From a virus, in IMG/VR virus record IMGVR_UViG_3300023117_000010, positions 1 through 64,000 of that record: 64,000 nucleotides of DNA; one strand, written 5' to 3'. The notes under the pieces were generated by a model. That model was not told the origin of the DNA. It saw nothing but the letters and a program-made list of their open reading frames with translations, and searched no databases. The number at the start of each line of letters is the position of its first letter. Position 1 is the first letter of the stretch. Positions 45,933-55,672 of this stretch are shown here, in pieces. A program made the translations under genes and the position numbers.

Positions 45933-46638
45933 CCTCTTCCTGTTCTACTGTGACTATTTCTTTATAGTCACCCAAATCTTGTGGCATTTCTGGCTCTCCT
46001 ACGGAAGCCTTAGTATTCTCTGCTTCAATGGCTAAAGTCTCTCCTTGAGCAATTTCTTTTGCTCTTGCCGCTACTTCAGCATGTAGTTCTGGAGGGACTA
46101 TTTCCCTAATTGCTTGAACCATTGACTTAACTTGAAGCATCATCTTTTCTTCAAGAACAGAATACCCTCCACTCATTAATTCTTCACGCAATTCAATTGC
46201 TTTAATAATATCTTTAGGTTCTACATGAAAGTCTTCATATATTAATTGATCCCATCCTTTTTGAATAAAAACATCTAAGTAAGCCTTCCCAGAAATAATT
46301 CGAATATCATTTTCGGCATTTGCCTTTTCATATTCTTCTGCATGTTTATCAATAATCGCACGATAAGCAGACTTTTCTAAATTAAGATGAGATTCTTTAT
46401 GCCGTTGCACAGAACGATAACTAATATCTTCTCCTGCTGATTGCAAAGACTCAGCAATTTTGCGAACACTAAATCCACGAATTAACATCATATCAACATT
46501 AACGCGCCATTTAGATTGACATACTTTACAACGACTAGATGTGAAAACATCAAAGAGTTCATTATCTCCTGCTGCTGGTAGTTTTCCTCCATCTTTATTA
46601 TTCTTTTTTTCTGGCTTATTATTTGGAATCTTTGGCAT
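45913..46638 (-). CDS. Putative terminase small subunit (zinc/HTH)
   Basis: CKVC...HTH...HKESH; position upstream of terL. Confidence 0.6.
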   Translation of the reverse strand: MPKIPNNKPEKKNNKDGGKLPAAGDNELFDVFTSSRCKVCQSKWRVNVDMMLIRGFSVRKIAESLQSAGEDISYRSVQRHKESHLNLEKSAYRAIIDKHAEEYEKANAENDIRIISGKAYLDVFIQKGWDQLIYEDFHVEPKDIIKAIELREELMSGGYSVLEEKMMLQVKSMVQAIREIVPPELHAEVAARAKEIAQGETLAIEAENTKASVGEPEMPQDLGDYKEIVTVEQEEVDDGTE

Positions 46639-46644
46639 AATTAA

Positions 46645-46995
46645 TTACCTATAAAAACTTGCACCATTAACTTTACGCTGATGTTCGCTGTTAACTTTGC
46701 GACCTTCAGGATGAGTTCTATTATACATTCCTTGTTCTACAGAAGGATCTGGCACCCCACTATTAGGATAGATTTCTCTCCTATACCTAGTTCTCATATG
46801 TTCTTTAAAAAGAATAGGATTCTTATGATGAATTCTGTTACCTGCTCTTACATCTGCTTTTAAGATCATATCGGTAATGTAATCTAATTGAGCAGGAGTT
46901 AGAGTAGGATCATTAATATCAAATTCATAATATTCTTCTTCAAAAGTTAAATCTTCAAATTTATTATTAACTTCTTCACTCATCAGACTCTCCAA
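46645..46995 (-). CDS. Conserved hypothetical phage protein
   Basis: R.RREI....GVPD...YNRTHP.GR motif. Confidence 0.7.
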   Translation of the reverse strand: MESLMSEEVNNKFEDLTFEEEYYEFDINDPTLTPAQLDYITDMILKADVRAGNRIHHKNPILFKEHMRTRYRREIYPNSGVPDPSVEQGMYNRTHPEGRKVNSEHQRKVNGASFYR

Positions 46996-47314
46996 AGTAT
47001 ATATCCGCTAACTGCTTTGATGCCGCTTCAACATACTGCCCGACAGACACTGTAGTTATACCCATAATTTCAGCAACATCTTTTTGTTTTTTATCTAAAA
47101 TAACATTTAAATAAAAAGCCTGTTTCTTTCTTGGACTCAATTCATTAAGACCCATTCCTAAGTCATAAAAAGAAATTGCAACATTTTGATGTTCAATTAC
47201 TGTTTCCCCAGTTGACCTAACATACTCTCTAAATTGCATATAGTTTCTATACAATTCTCTCATAACTTTATGCTTACTAACTGGTTCTATTTTTCTTTTT
47301 TTAGACTTTTTCAT
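46976..47314 (-). CDS. Sigma-70 region 4-like HTH protein
   Basis: LSPRKKQAF.L......QKDVAEIMGIT..SV. Confidence 0.8.
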   Translation of the reverse strand: MKKSKKRKIEPVSKHKVMRELYRNYMQFREYVRSTGETVIEHQNVAISFYDLGMGLNELSPRKKQAFYLNVILDKKQKDVAEIMGITTVSVGQYVEAASKQLADIYFGESDE

Positions 47315-47876
47315 TACTCTCCTTTACCTCAAAATGAAATCTAGGAAAGTAACTCATGCCAACAGCAATAGCGTCTGTTTCGTCAAAGGGTATATCAGTT
47401 AACTTCCGCCCCTGCACTATTTCAGGGTATTGATCTATAACTAATCGTCTGATAATTGCTTTACTTACTGAAGAATCTCCAGTTAAAACATTTTTAACTG
47501 ATCTGGCAGATATATCTATCCACTCTAATTCATCTTCATATGCCATCACCTTACAAACTGCCATAACAGATAGAACTAATGGGACTTGTGGAGAAACACC
47601 AAAATTCCCTTTATTTGAAATTGGAGGAACAATTTCAGATATCACTCTTGTTATATTATTTTCTTCTAACAAGTCTCCAAACCAGTGGTACATATCATAT
47701 ATACCAGAATTTAAATACTCTTGATACTTTTCTTCTTTCTTTCTCTCTCTAGTTGAGTAGACTCCATGTTTTTTAATAACAGTACCTTCATCAAAGATAC
47801 AATACCCGAATCTTTTAAATCCGGGGTCAATCGAAAGTAGTCTCATTGGCTCCCCTCTGTAATTATTCGTTCCCAA
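47301..47876 (-). CDS. ruvC: RuvC-like Holliday junction resolvase
   Basis: LSIDPG...FGY, E, VK..LTG....SK, DETDAIAV. Confidence 0.88.
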   Translation of the reverse strand: MGTNNYRGEPMRLLSIDPGFKRFGYCIFDEGTVIKKHGVYSTRERKKEEKYQEYLNSGIYDMYHWFGDLLEENNITRVISEIVPPISNKGNFGVSPQVPLVLSVMAVCKVMAYEDELEWIDISARSVKNVLTGDSSVSKAIIRRLVIDQYPEIVQGRKLTDIPFDETDAIAVGMSYFPRFHFEVKESNEKV

Positions 47877-48535
47877 ACTCTAGTCCATTTTGCATATATG
47901 TCATCCAAAAGAGACTGATCATATTGAATGCTTATTTCTCTGATATCGTGAGCAGGTAAACCACCTTTACCGGGAGTTCCACCTTTCCTAATAGCAAGAA
48001 TAAAAGCCTGATCTATTCCTGTCCAATGCATATAGCAATTTAATTGGGCTGTCCATTTTGCTAATGTTGGAGGATAGGGGCCAGTATCAAATTCAATATC
48101 GTTCATAGTTTTCATATCCACTATAAACGTTCCTTTGTTTGGGAATTCTGCAATGGTATCTACAGTGCCCTTCCCTGTCCATCCAGATTCATGATGATAT
48201 GTATATGTTCTTTCTACATTTTCTGGTTTTGCATAACCCATATCAACAATAATATTTTGATAGTAAGCGTGCCAGAAATGACCACAATCAAAGACTCTTC
48301 TTAATCCTGCTGATATTCTTTTAGACTCTTTTCCTGTAAGCCTTTTGTATAATTCTTCCTCTGAAGCAAAGCAATCACCAGAAGGGTGAAAACATTGATC
48401 TGGTTCTTTGCGACGATCATTTTCTATTTCAATGATCCATTTGTCAGGGAATTCCCCCTTATTCTGATACATCTCAATTCTAGAGGCTAAGATACTTCCA
48501 TCTGACAATTTTTTCATGAGTTTAGTGTCTAACAT
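47843..48535 (-). CDS. Cas4-like PD-(D/E)XK exonuclease
   Basis: FHPS, G...H, G..D, IVDMKT, QLNCYM. Confidence 0.85.
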   Translation of the reverse strand: MLDTKLMKKLSDGSILASRIEMYQNKGEFPDKWIIEIENDRRKEPDQCFHPSGDCFASEEELYKRLTGKESKRISAGLRRVFDCGHFWHAYYQNIIVDMGYAKPENVERTYTYHHESGWTGKGTVDTIAEFPNKGTFIVDMKTMNDIEFDTGPYPPTLAKWTAQLNCYMHWTGIDQAFILAIRKGGTPGKGGLPAHDIREISIQYDQSLLDDIYAKWTRVWERIITEGSQ

Positions 48536-48881
48536 CTTCCACCATTTCTAAGTCATCGTGAATTGATCTAACTACTAAATCAATCATTTTGCCAGACTCA
48601 TCTTCAAACCGTATAAACATACATGGCCTCCTGCCTTGTTCTTGCGCTTCTTCAACAATTTTATTCCAAGTCTCTTTTTTAATAGAAAAAGATTTCTTTT
48701 CAGTTGTTTTACATTCAGCAGTATAATTATACGTTTCTATTTCAAAACGAACATCTCCCCGATCTACCCAAGAAGCCCCGGATGATGGAGAGCGCTTTCC
48801 TTTATACATTTTTGCTATATAGTTTTCATGATTTTGCGCTCTAAGCGTTTTTGTTTTACTCAAGATTTTGTCCCCCATCAT
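48522..48881 (-). CDS. Hjc-type PD-(D/E)XK Holliday junction resolvase
   Basis: HE...A.......P.SGA....GDV...ECKTT.K.SFSIK...W.KI..EA. Confidence 0.8.
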   Translation of the reverse strand: MMGDKILSKTKTLRAQNHENYIAKMYKGKRSPSSGASWVDRGDVRFEIETYNYTAECKTTEKKSFSIKKETWNKIVEEAQEQGRRPCMFIRFEDESGKMIDLVVRSIHDDLEMVEDVRH

Positions 48882-49050
48882 CTGCCCAATTTAATAGTTG
48901 GGTTGGATAATCTTCTGTCCAATACTTGTTTTCTTTTTTATATTCTATTAACATATTATCATAATTTGAGTTTTTTGTTAAGTTTTTAAAAAATTTTAAA
49001 GTATTTTTATTTATTTCTTTTATCTGGCTAGAGTCATAATAATAAATCAT
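48856..49050 (-). CDS. Small hypothetical protein
   Basis: Fills the gap with overlaps; C-terminal WADDGG. Confidence 0.5.
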   Translation of the reverse strand: MIYYYDSSQIKEINKNTLKFFKNLTKNSNYDNMLIEYKKENKYWTEDYPTQLLNWADDGGQNLE

Positions 49051-50045
49051 TTTTCTAAAAAGATTTCTTCTTTTAGTTTATCTACCTGATCTGGGTTTTC
49101 CTTAAAAAACTCAACAACTGCATTTCTGCCCTGAAAAGATTTGTCTGCAATGTCATACCAAGCACCACGCTGATTAATAACTCCAGATCTAAGACCAACA
49201 CTAACAATAGATTCAATTATATCTATGCCAACTTCGTTATCTTCTGTTTTAGTATGATATAAATCCCATTCAGCGTTTCTCTTTGGAGGACTTACTTTTG
49301 ATTTTGTCACAGTAGCAACTGGCCTAAACCCAATCTCAACTGGTTCAGTTTCGCCGGGAACTTTTGCCTTCTTGATTCCCTCGCTCTTCCCCTTCTTAAC
49401 TTGAATAATTACAGCGCAAGCATGATGAAGGGCGTGACCACCCGGAGCGTGTACAATTGGAAGTCCTTGACGATTTGCAGTATCTCTAACTTGGTTTAAT
49501 AATAGACATACTTTTTTAGTTTCAGCAACGCGAGGAAGTAATTGCTTGACCATCTGAGTAATCAACCCAGATTGTCCATAAGCCTGCTTTTTCCCATCTT
49601 CATCTAATTCTCTTTCTGAAGCCATTGCTCCAATGGAGTCTACTACAACTATGTCTAATGCAGGCTCGTTTGCAAAGTAAACCGCTTGCTTTGCAGTATC
49701 TTCTGCTGACTTGGGGGTGCTAACAATTAATCTGTCAGTATCTACTCCAAAATGTCTAGCAAACACAGGATCAAAAGAGCCTTCAAGATCTACATAGCCA
49801 GCATAGCCACCCTTCTTGTGAACTTCAGCAATAGCCATACATGCCATTACGGATTTACCCACACTTTCTGGGCCAAATACCATCGTAATACCACCTTTAG
49901 GGTATCCACCAATTCCTAATGCATAATCAAGAGAAGGGATACCACTTGAAGAGGCTTCTATGTCCACTTTTTGACTCGCAATTCTAACATAGTCTGTTCC
50001 AAACTCTTTCGTTGCTTTCTTCAATAATTCTTCAACAGCACTCAC
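49047..50045 (-). CDS. recA: RecA-like recombinase
   Basis: SSGIPSLDYALGIGG.P, GPESVGKS, D.EGS.D, VVDSI, NQVR, PGG.AL. Confidence 0.95.
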   Translation of the reverse strand: MSAVEELLKKATKEFGTDYVRIASQKVDIEASSSGIPSLDYALGIGGYPKGGITMVFGPESVGKSVMACMAIAEVHKKGGYAGYVDLEGSFDPVFARHFGVDTDRLIVSTPKSAEDTAKQAVYFANEPALDIVVVDSIGAMASERELDEDGKKQAYGQSGLITQMVKQLLPRVAETKKVCLLLNQVRDTANRQGLPIVHAPGGHALHHACAVIIQVKKGKSEGIKKAKVPGETEPVEIGFRPVATVTKSKVSPPKRNAEWDLYHTKTEDNEVGIDIIESIVSVGLRSGVINQRGAWYDIADKSFQGRNAVVEFFKENPDQVDKLKEEIFLEK

Positions 50046-53000
50046 ACAAGTTCCTCCAAATTAGTAAGATTAACTCCACGGTTGGTTGATTTAACGCTTG
50101 CAATTACCGGAGTACACTCCTGTAGTATATCAGAAAATGCCAATAGATGTTGCTCAAATACCGCAAACTCCAGAGTCTGATCACCATATTCTAGAGTAAC
50201 GAAAGCCATATCTTGCCCCTTTTTTGTTTTTAATTCTCTTATTGATTTAATCTCACCCGCAACAATATAATTGCCCGGAGTTTTTAACTCACCAAAATCA
50301 ATAACACATTCTTGCTGAATAACTTCTTTATATTTATCCAAGACTTTAGGTGCATCATTAGTTAAAATGATACCAAGTAACTCTTTTTCAAATTCTCTTC
50401 TTTCTCTTTTTGAAAGTTGTCTTGTTTCAAGAAAATCAAACGCTCCAGCATTAAACAATGCTTTTGCTTTATTTGCGCCAAGACGCTGCTTAGGAGAAGG
50501 ACCATCTACTTCACCGTTCTTCTTTTTAGAAAGAAACTCTTTGTTTTGACTTTCTAACAAAGCAAGCATTTGGTCATAAGATTCAAATGGACGATTCTCA
50601 ATTACCCATTCTGCGCCCTTTGATACTCCCTTAATATCTTTTAAACCAAGATAAATCTCTCCGTCAATAATATCCGTCTGAAACATAGACTTATTAACAT
50701 CTGGTGGGTTTACTTTAATACCCATACGTTGTGCTTCCGCGATGAAGCGAGGAACATCATCTCTTGTATCTTCCTTCCGAATACATGCAAGTAAATATTC
50801 AGCAGGATACATATATTTAGTCCAAAGAGTCCAAAGAGTGATAATTCCATACGCAACAGAATGTGCTTTATTAAAGGCATACTTAGAAAACCCAAGAAGT
50901 TCGTTCCACAACTCGTTTGCAGACTTTTCATCCATGTTTTGGATGGCCTTTTCCATGTAACGAGGATAGAACTCTTCCATTTCTTTTACTTTCTTTTTAC
51001 CCATAATTCGACGCACATCATCTGCCTCTTCAAGAGTAAAACCCATCTTTGTAAACAAAGAGATTACCTGCTCTTGATATACAAAAACGCCGTATGTATC
51101 TTCAACAATGTCTGCAATAAAGGGATGAAGAACTTCATAATCAGTTCCCCCTCTTCTGTCTATATACATATCAACATATCCGGCTCTAAGGGGGCCGGGT
51201 CGGTTAAGTGCAACAAGCACAGCGAGGTCTTCAATATTTCGACACTTCATATGAGAAGCAATCCTTTTTGCAATACCTCCATCTTCTACTTGGAAAACTC
51301 CAATAGTTAGACCACGATCTAGAAGATCCCAAAACTTTTTATTCTCTAGATCTTCGTTATGATGTAACTTCTTGAAATCCCAATCAACATCATGATTTCT
51401 TTTAATTAACATCTGTGCTTCTTTAAGAACAGAAAGATTCTTAAGGGCAAGAAAATCTAATTTCATAAACCCAAGACTTTCAATTTCATGCATATCGAAT
51501 TGAGTTGCAATTTCGCCATCTTTGCGACCCGCGCTTTTATCTAATCTAAGAGGACAAATAGCAGCAAGAGGTTCATCGCCAACAACAAAACCACTAGCAT
51601 GAACACTGCTGGCAAATATTCGACCATGCAAGTCTCCTGCGAGATTAAATAGATCTGGATACTTTGCAATCCAGCCTTGTAGTTCGCCAACTTCTACAAT
51701 ATCATCCCAATCAGCCATAAGGCCAGCATCTGTAGTTGTATCAACAATGTTTTTAATTTCTTCAATATCTCTAATAGGTATTTCTAGAAATTTACCAACC
51801 CTTTCTAGGGCAGACTTACCATGCAACTTCATAACAGTGCCGATATGAGTTACACAATCTTCGCCAAAGGTATCACGCATAAATTGCTTGATCTTGTCAC
51901 GATCTTCAATAGCAAAATCTGTATCAATATCAGGCAGACCACCCTTTTCACGACCTTTATTATAAAAGCGCTCAAAGATAAGTCCATACTTAATTGGATC
52001 AATATCTGTAATCCCAAGAAGATATGCGACAAGGCTGCCGCCTACAGAACCACGACCCGGACCTCTAAGAACATCGCTATTTTCAGCATATTCATTAACA
52101 AGATGTTCAATCAAAAAGAAATCAGACAGTTCTGCTTCAAAAATAGCGTCAAGTTCTTTTTCAACTCTTTGCATGTAAATACTTTCAGTATCTAATTCTG
52201 ACACCTTCTGATAATAACCTTCTTCTACAAGACCAACCAGTTTTGAAGGACCGTCTTGCCCCCAAGTTGGAATTCTTTTTCTTTTCATTGGAAGTTCAAC
52301 TTCACTCATTTCAGCAATAATATGAGTATTATTAATTGACTCTTCAACCACACTTTTTGGAAGGTAGTTTAAAGATTCACGAATCCCATCTTCATCCATG
52401 ATCCACATGCAAGGTGGGTGATTTCTATCTACTTCTGAAATCTTCTTTCTCATTGACATATTGACAAATGCTTCGTGATTATGATATTGATCACCACAAG
52501 CATAATGAGCATCAGTAGCATAGACAAAAGGAATCCCCTTCTTTTGTCCAAGACGTACTAATTCAGTATTTACTTCTCTTTGATTATCACTGTCATATGT
52601 ATGAAGTTCTATGTAAAATTTATCATCAAAAATATTTAAATATTGATCTAATATTGACTCTGCATTTGCTTCTTCAAGAATGGCAGAAGATACTTTACCG
52701 CCCATACAAGCAGAAGTCAGAATAAGCCCCTCTTTGTGTTGTTCAAGAATCTCCCAGTCAACGCGAGGCTTATGATAAAACCCCTCAAGGTATGCGCGAG
52801 TTGATAGTGTCCAAAGATTATTAACGCCTTCTTGATTATAAGCAAGAATAATCAAATGACTTCTATCATTTTTTGGACGATTACCTTTAAGATCAGATTT
52901 GTGATGATTTAATCTGCTATCTCTAGCCTGATACGACTCAATACCGAGGATTGGCTTTATTCCACGCTCTGTTGCTTTTCTATAAAACTCCACATGCCCA

Positions 53001-53131
53001 GCCACAGTTCCATGATCAGTTAATGCAACAGCGTTAGAACCAATCTCTTGAACACGATCAAGAATTTCTTCTACTGTTGCATAACCATCAAAAATAGAAT
53101 AATGGCTGTGTTGATGAAGTGGTACGGCCAA
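50042..53131 (-). CDS. dnaE: DNA polymerase III alpha subunit
   Basis: PHP domain (HQHSHYS, TDHG, DAHY), GPGRGS, PDIDTDF, KLDFL, YQEQ, FNKAHS, C-terminal OB fold. Confidence 0.96.
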   Translation of the reverse strand: MAVPLHQHSHYSIFDGYATVEEILDRVQEIGSNAVALTDHGTVAGHVEFYRKATERGIKPILGIESYQARDSRLNHHKSDLKGNRPKNDRSHLIILAYNQEGVNNLWTLSTRAYLEGFYHKPRVDWEILEQHKEGLILTSACMGGKVSSAILEEANAESILDQYLNIFDDKFYIELHTYDSDNQREVNTELVRLGQKKGIPFVYATDAHYACGDQYHNHEAFVNMSMRKKISEVDRNHPPCMWIMDEDGIRESLNYLPKSVVEESINNTHIIAEMSEVELPMKRKRIPTWGQDGPSKLVGLVEEGYYQKVSELDTESIYMQRVEKELDAIFEAELSDFFLIEHLVNEYAENSDVLRGPGRGSVGGSLVAYLLGITDIDPIKYGLIFERFYNKGREKGGLPDIDTDFAIEDRDKIKQFMRDTFGEDCVTHIGTVMKLHGKSALERVGKFLEIPIRDIEEIKNIVDTTTDAGLMADWDDIVEVGELQGWIAKYPDLFNLAGDLHGRIFASSVHASGFVVGDEPLAAICPLRLDKSAGRKDGEIATQFDMHEIESLGFMKLDFLALKNLSVLKEAQMLIKRNHDVDWDFKKLHHNEDLENKKFWDLLDRGLTIGVFQVEDGGIAKRIASHMKCRNIEDLAVLVALNRPGPLRAGYVDMYIDRRGGTDYEVLHPFIADIVEDTYGVFVYQEQVISLFTKMGFTLEEADDVRRIMGKKKVKEMEEFYPRYMEKAIQNMDEKSANELWNELLGFSKYAFNKAHSVAYGIITLWTLWTKYMYPAEYLLACIRKEDTRDDVPRFIAEAQRMGIKVNPPDVNKSMFQTDIIDGEIYLGLKDIKGVSKGAEWVIENRPFESYDQMLALLESQNKEFLSKKKNGEVDGPSPKQRLGANKAKALFNAGAFDFLETRQLSKRERREFEKELLGIILTNDAPKVLDKYKEVIQQECVIDFGELKTPGNYIVAGEIKSIRELKTKKGQDMAFVTLEYGDQTLEFAVFEQHLLAFSDILQECTPVIASVKSTNRGVNLTNLEELV

Positions 53132-53139
53132 GTTTTCTC

Positions 53140-53724
53140 CTAGATATTAGTTATTGGGATTGGATCACCTTGACTCTTGCGAGCCTCTTTAGCAAGTTTA
53201 TCACAATAATCGTTTAACTTATCACCACTATGGGCTTTTACTTTTATAAACTCAACATCGTTTATATTCAACAAATAAATTAACTCTTTCCAAAGAACGG
53301 CATTTGGTGTAGCCAATCCATTTCTTTTAACCCAATTATTTTTTTCCCAGTCTTTCCACCAAGAATTTTTAAGGGTGTTAATCATATAAGCAGAATCAGA
53401 GTAAAGTTCTATTTGACACTTTTGATTTACAAGAGACTTTATGCCCTCAATTGCTGCTTTAAGTTCCATGCTGTTATTTGTAGCACCAATCTCATAGCCA
53501 TAGTTTTGGTTAATAAAGCCTTCTTCGCCTAAAATAATATAAGCCCAACCACCTTCATTGGTAACATGCGAAGAAGAACCGTCTGTATATAAATAGTAGA
53601 GGGGGAGGTCTTGCCTCCCCCTCTTTTTGTTTTTACTTTGCTGCTGCTTGTCGCTTAATCCGTTCGAAAGCAGATTCTGCATCCTCTTCTGCTTCTGCGT
53701 TTTCCTTCTTGCGGATTGGACCAC
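53140..53724 (-). CDS. rnhA: Ribonuclease HI (start uncertain)
   Basis: YTDGS, TNNSMEL.A, YSDSAY, N..LW, VKAHSG...N..CD.LA. Confidence 0.9.
   Translation of the reverse strand: MVQSARRKTQKQKRMQNLLSNGLSDKQQQSKNKKRGRQDLPLYYLYTDGSSSHVTNEGGWAYIILGEEGFINQNYGYEIGATNNSMELKAAIEGIKSLVNQKCQIELYSDSAYMINTLKNSWWKDWEKNNWVKRNGLATPNAVLWKELIYLLNINDVEFIKVKAHSGDKLNDYCDKLAKEARKSQGDPIPITNI
53598..53628. terminator. 11-bp perfect GC-rich hairpin just after the SSB stop
   Basis: agagggggagg-tcttg-cctccccctct; the T-run is on the plus-strand side. Confidence 0.5.
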
Positions 53725-54484
53725 TATTATTCTCTTCCTTGTTTACATACATTTGCTTTTGAGTTTGCCAAAGGTCTTCGTTTCCAAGATACATCTCATA
53801 CCTCTCCTTAGAACCAAGTCCTTCAAGAATCTCATTAATTGAGGGAATGTTTATATCACGATAGTCAATCAATTCTGCCTTATCAACTTCATACCCATGA
53901 TAAGTTGTTGACTGATCTGCTCCTTCACGAATGATCTTCCAAGGATTGGCAGTAATAGGGCCAATCTGATCACTGTGGCTAGTGAACTGCTGCCAGAAGT
54001 TTTGAGCAGCCTGAAATACAACGACGTACTCAGGGAAAAAGATTTCTGTACCATCCTTAGTAGTATACTCATTTCCACGAATGTTAAAAGAAGCAATATC
54101 TGAAATTCTTTTAGTTGACGCAGATGAATCGTATACAGGATCAAGCAATACCGCTACAGCAGCAAAATTTTCCTTCGGAACGTGACCAATCTTGTCACAA
54201 AGAATACAGGAACCATCTCCATCATCCCAAGCATCCATCTTGCGACAGGCAAAATCACGATAACCCGTCTTTGTTTCTCCATTCTGTTCCCAAGAAACCT
54301 TCACATAACGGTGAAGGCTCACTAGAGGCACTTCATCAATATCAGTAAAAAATTGAAGGAAAGCCTCTTCTCCATCCTTAAGGGAAAGGAAGGGAACAAA
54401 GTCAGTTGCACGATGGGTTCTTGCACCACCGCCACCTTGACTCTTCTGCTTAATCAAATCACTACCTGTTTTAAATGTCGGCAT
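53633..54484 (-). CDS. Single-stranded DNA-binding protein (gp32-like)
   Basis: LKDGE....F, H...C...C..C zinc site, I.R.G....T.Y, acidic tail; replication cluster. Confidence 0.75.
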   Translation of the reverse strand: MPTFKTGSDLIKQKSQGGGGARTHRATDFVPFLSLKDGEEAFLQFFTDIDEVPLVSLHRYVKVSWEQNGETKTGYRDFACRKMDAWDDGDGSCILCDKIGHVPKENFAAVAVLLDPVYDSSASTKRISDIASFNIRGNEYTTKDGTEIFFPEYVVVFQAAQNFWQQFTSHSDQIGPITANPWKIIREGADQSTTYHGYEVDKAELIDYRDINIPSINEILEGLGSKERYEMYLGNEDLWQTQKQMYVNKEENNSGPIRKKENAEAEEDAESAFERIKRQAAAK

Positions 54485-54539
54485 TATGTCTCACTTTCTT
54501 TCGTGTTTTTGACTTGCCATAAAACATATTATATCAAAT

Positions 54540-54695
54540 TTATTCTTTATTTTCATTTAATTCTTTATTAAGTTCTTCTTTTTCTTCCTTAGTCAATTGA
54601 TCATAATTTACTTTACCAACTCTTCTAAAGTAATTTTGAACTTTTTCAGTTTTGACTGTAAGAGATTCAGAATTTGTAAACTTTGTAAAAGCCAT
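54540..54695 (-). CDS. Small hypothetical protein
   Basis: GGAGG RBS, MAFTKF start coupled to the primase stop. Confidence 0.6.
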   Translation of the reverse strand: MAFTKFTNSESLTVKTEKVQNYFRRVGKVNYDQLTKEEKEELNKELNENKE

Positions 54696-55672
54696 TATTT
54701 CCTCCAGTGGACGTAATATTCTGCTTTGTTCAAATACTTCTCCCACTCATCGTAGGGGATATCAGCAGGGTCGCCCTTCGGTACTTCAACAGGAGGGACT
54801 ATATAAACTTCGCAATAGTCCTTCAGATAATTAAGTGCCGTTAAAGTGGCTTTTGCTCCTGCTTCATCGTTATCAAACCATAAAAATATATTCTTATAGT
54901 CCCACAACAAAGACATTTGCTCTTCTGTTATTGAAGCCCCAAAAGTGGCTACAACATTATGATAACCAACACCCCACATTATTGCAGCCGTCTTTGGTGA
55001 CTCAACAACAATTATATAATCTGTATCATTATTGCATTTACAATCTTTATGATAAAGGGTAGTTGCCTTTGGAAAATCAAGAGTATTTATATACTTTGCT
55101 CTTTTTGTTCCGCTCAAATCTCTCGTTTGCCAACCGACAATTTGATTATTAACCATATGAGGGAAAATAACACCGTCTTGCTTTTCATCATAGGTAATCA
55201 TAAAATGCTCTATTGCCTCGTCTGTTAAACCTTGGGTATACATCCACGGATGCTTTTTATTTTCGTGTGATATTTTATAAAAAGGAAGTTCTCTTTTCCC
55301 AATAGTTTTTCTTGGAGGCTCTTCTTCTAAAACTCTAGCAAGAAGTTCTTCTTTATCCCAATCATCATCAAGTATATTAAAATAATTAGATTCAATCCAT
55401 TTTTCCGATTCATCATAAGAATCGAATCCTTTGATTTGATAAACCATATTAACAATGTTTCCACCGCCACATGCAAAACAGTGGTACAAACCATACTTAT
55501 TAGAAGTTGGATTAATGTTTATACTAAAACTTGGATTACTATCATCATGAAAAGGACAACGGCACCATAGTTCGCCGCGAGAGTCTTCATAAAACTCTTC
55601 GTCAGGAAGGATATCTTTAACAATATTTTCTACCGGGATTTTATTCCGATGCTCTTGAAACAACCGGGCCAT
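54695..55672 (-). CDS. dnaG: DNA primase
   Basis: CPFHDD..PSF...CFAC zinc domain; TOPRIM VVES...FDND.AG...D. Confidence 0.92.
   Translation of the reverse strand: MARLFQEHRNKIPVENIVKDILPDEEFYEDSRGELWCRCPFHDDSNPSFSININPTSNKYGLYHCFACGGGNIVNMVYQIKGFDSYDESEKWIESNYFNILDDDWDKEELLARVLEEEPPRKTIGKRELPFYKISHENKKHPWMYTQGLTDEAIEHFMITYDEKQDGVIFPHMVNNQIVGWQTRDLSGTKRAKYINTLDFPKATTLYHKDCKCNNDTDYIIVVESPKTAAIMWGVGYHNVVATFGASITEEQMSLLWDYKNIFLWFDNDEAGAKATLTALNYLKDYCEVYIVPPVEVPKGDPADIPYDEWEKYLNKAEYYVHWRK

Noticed and set aside
47843-48535. Cas4-like gene as evidence of a CRISPR-Cas system
   Set aside because: Solo Cas4-like nucleases are common in phage recombination clusters; no array, cas1 or cas2
43666-53131. 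Inteins or introns in terL, recA or dnaE
   Set aside because: Lengths are ordinary, motifs are contiguous, and no splice-junction signatures were seen
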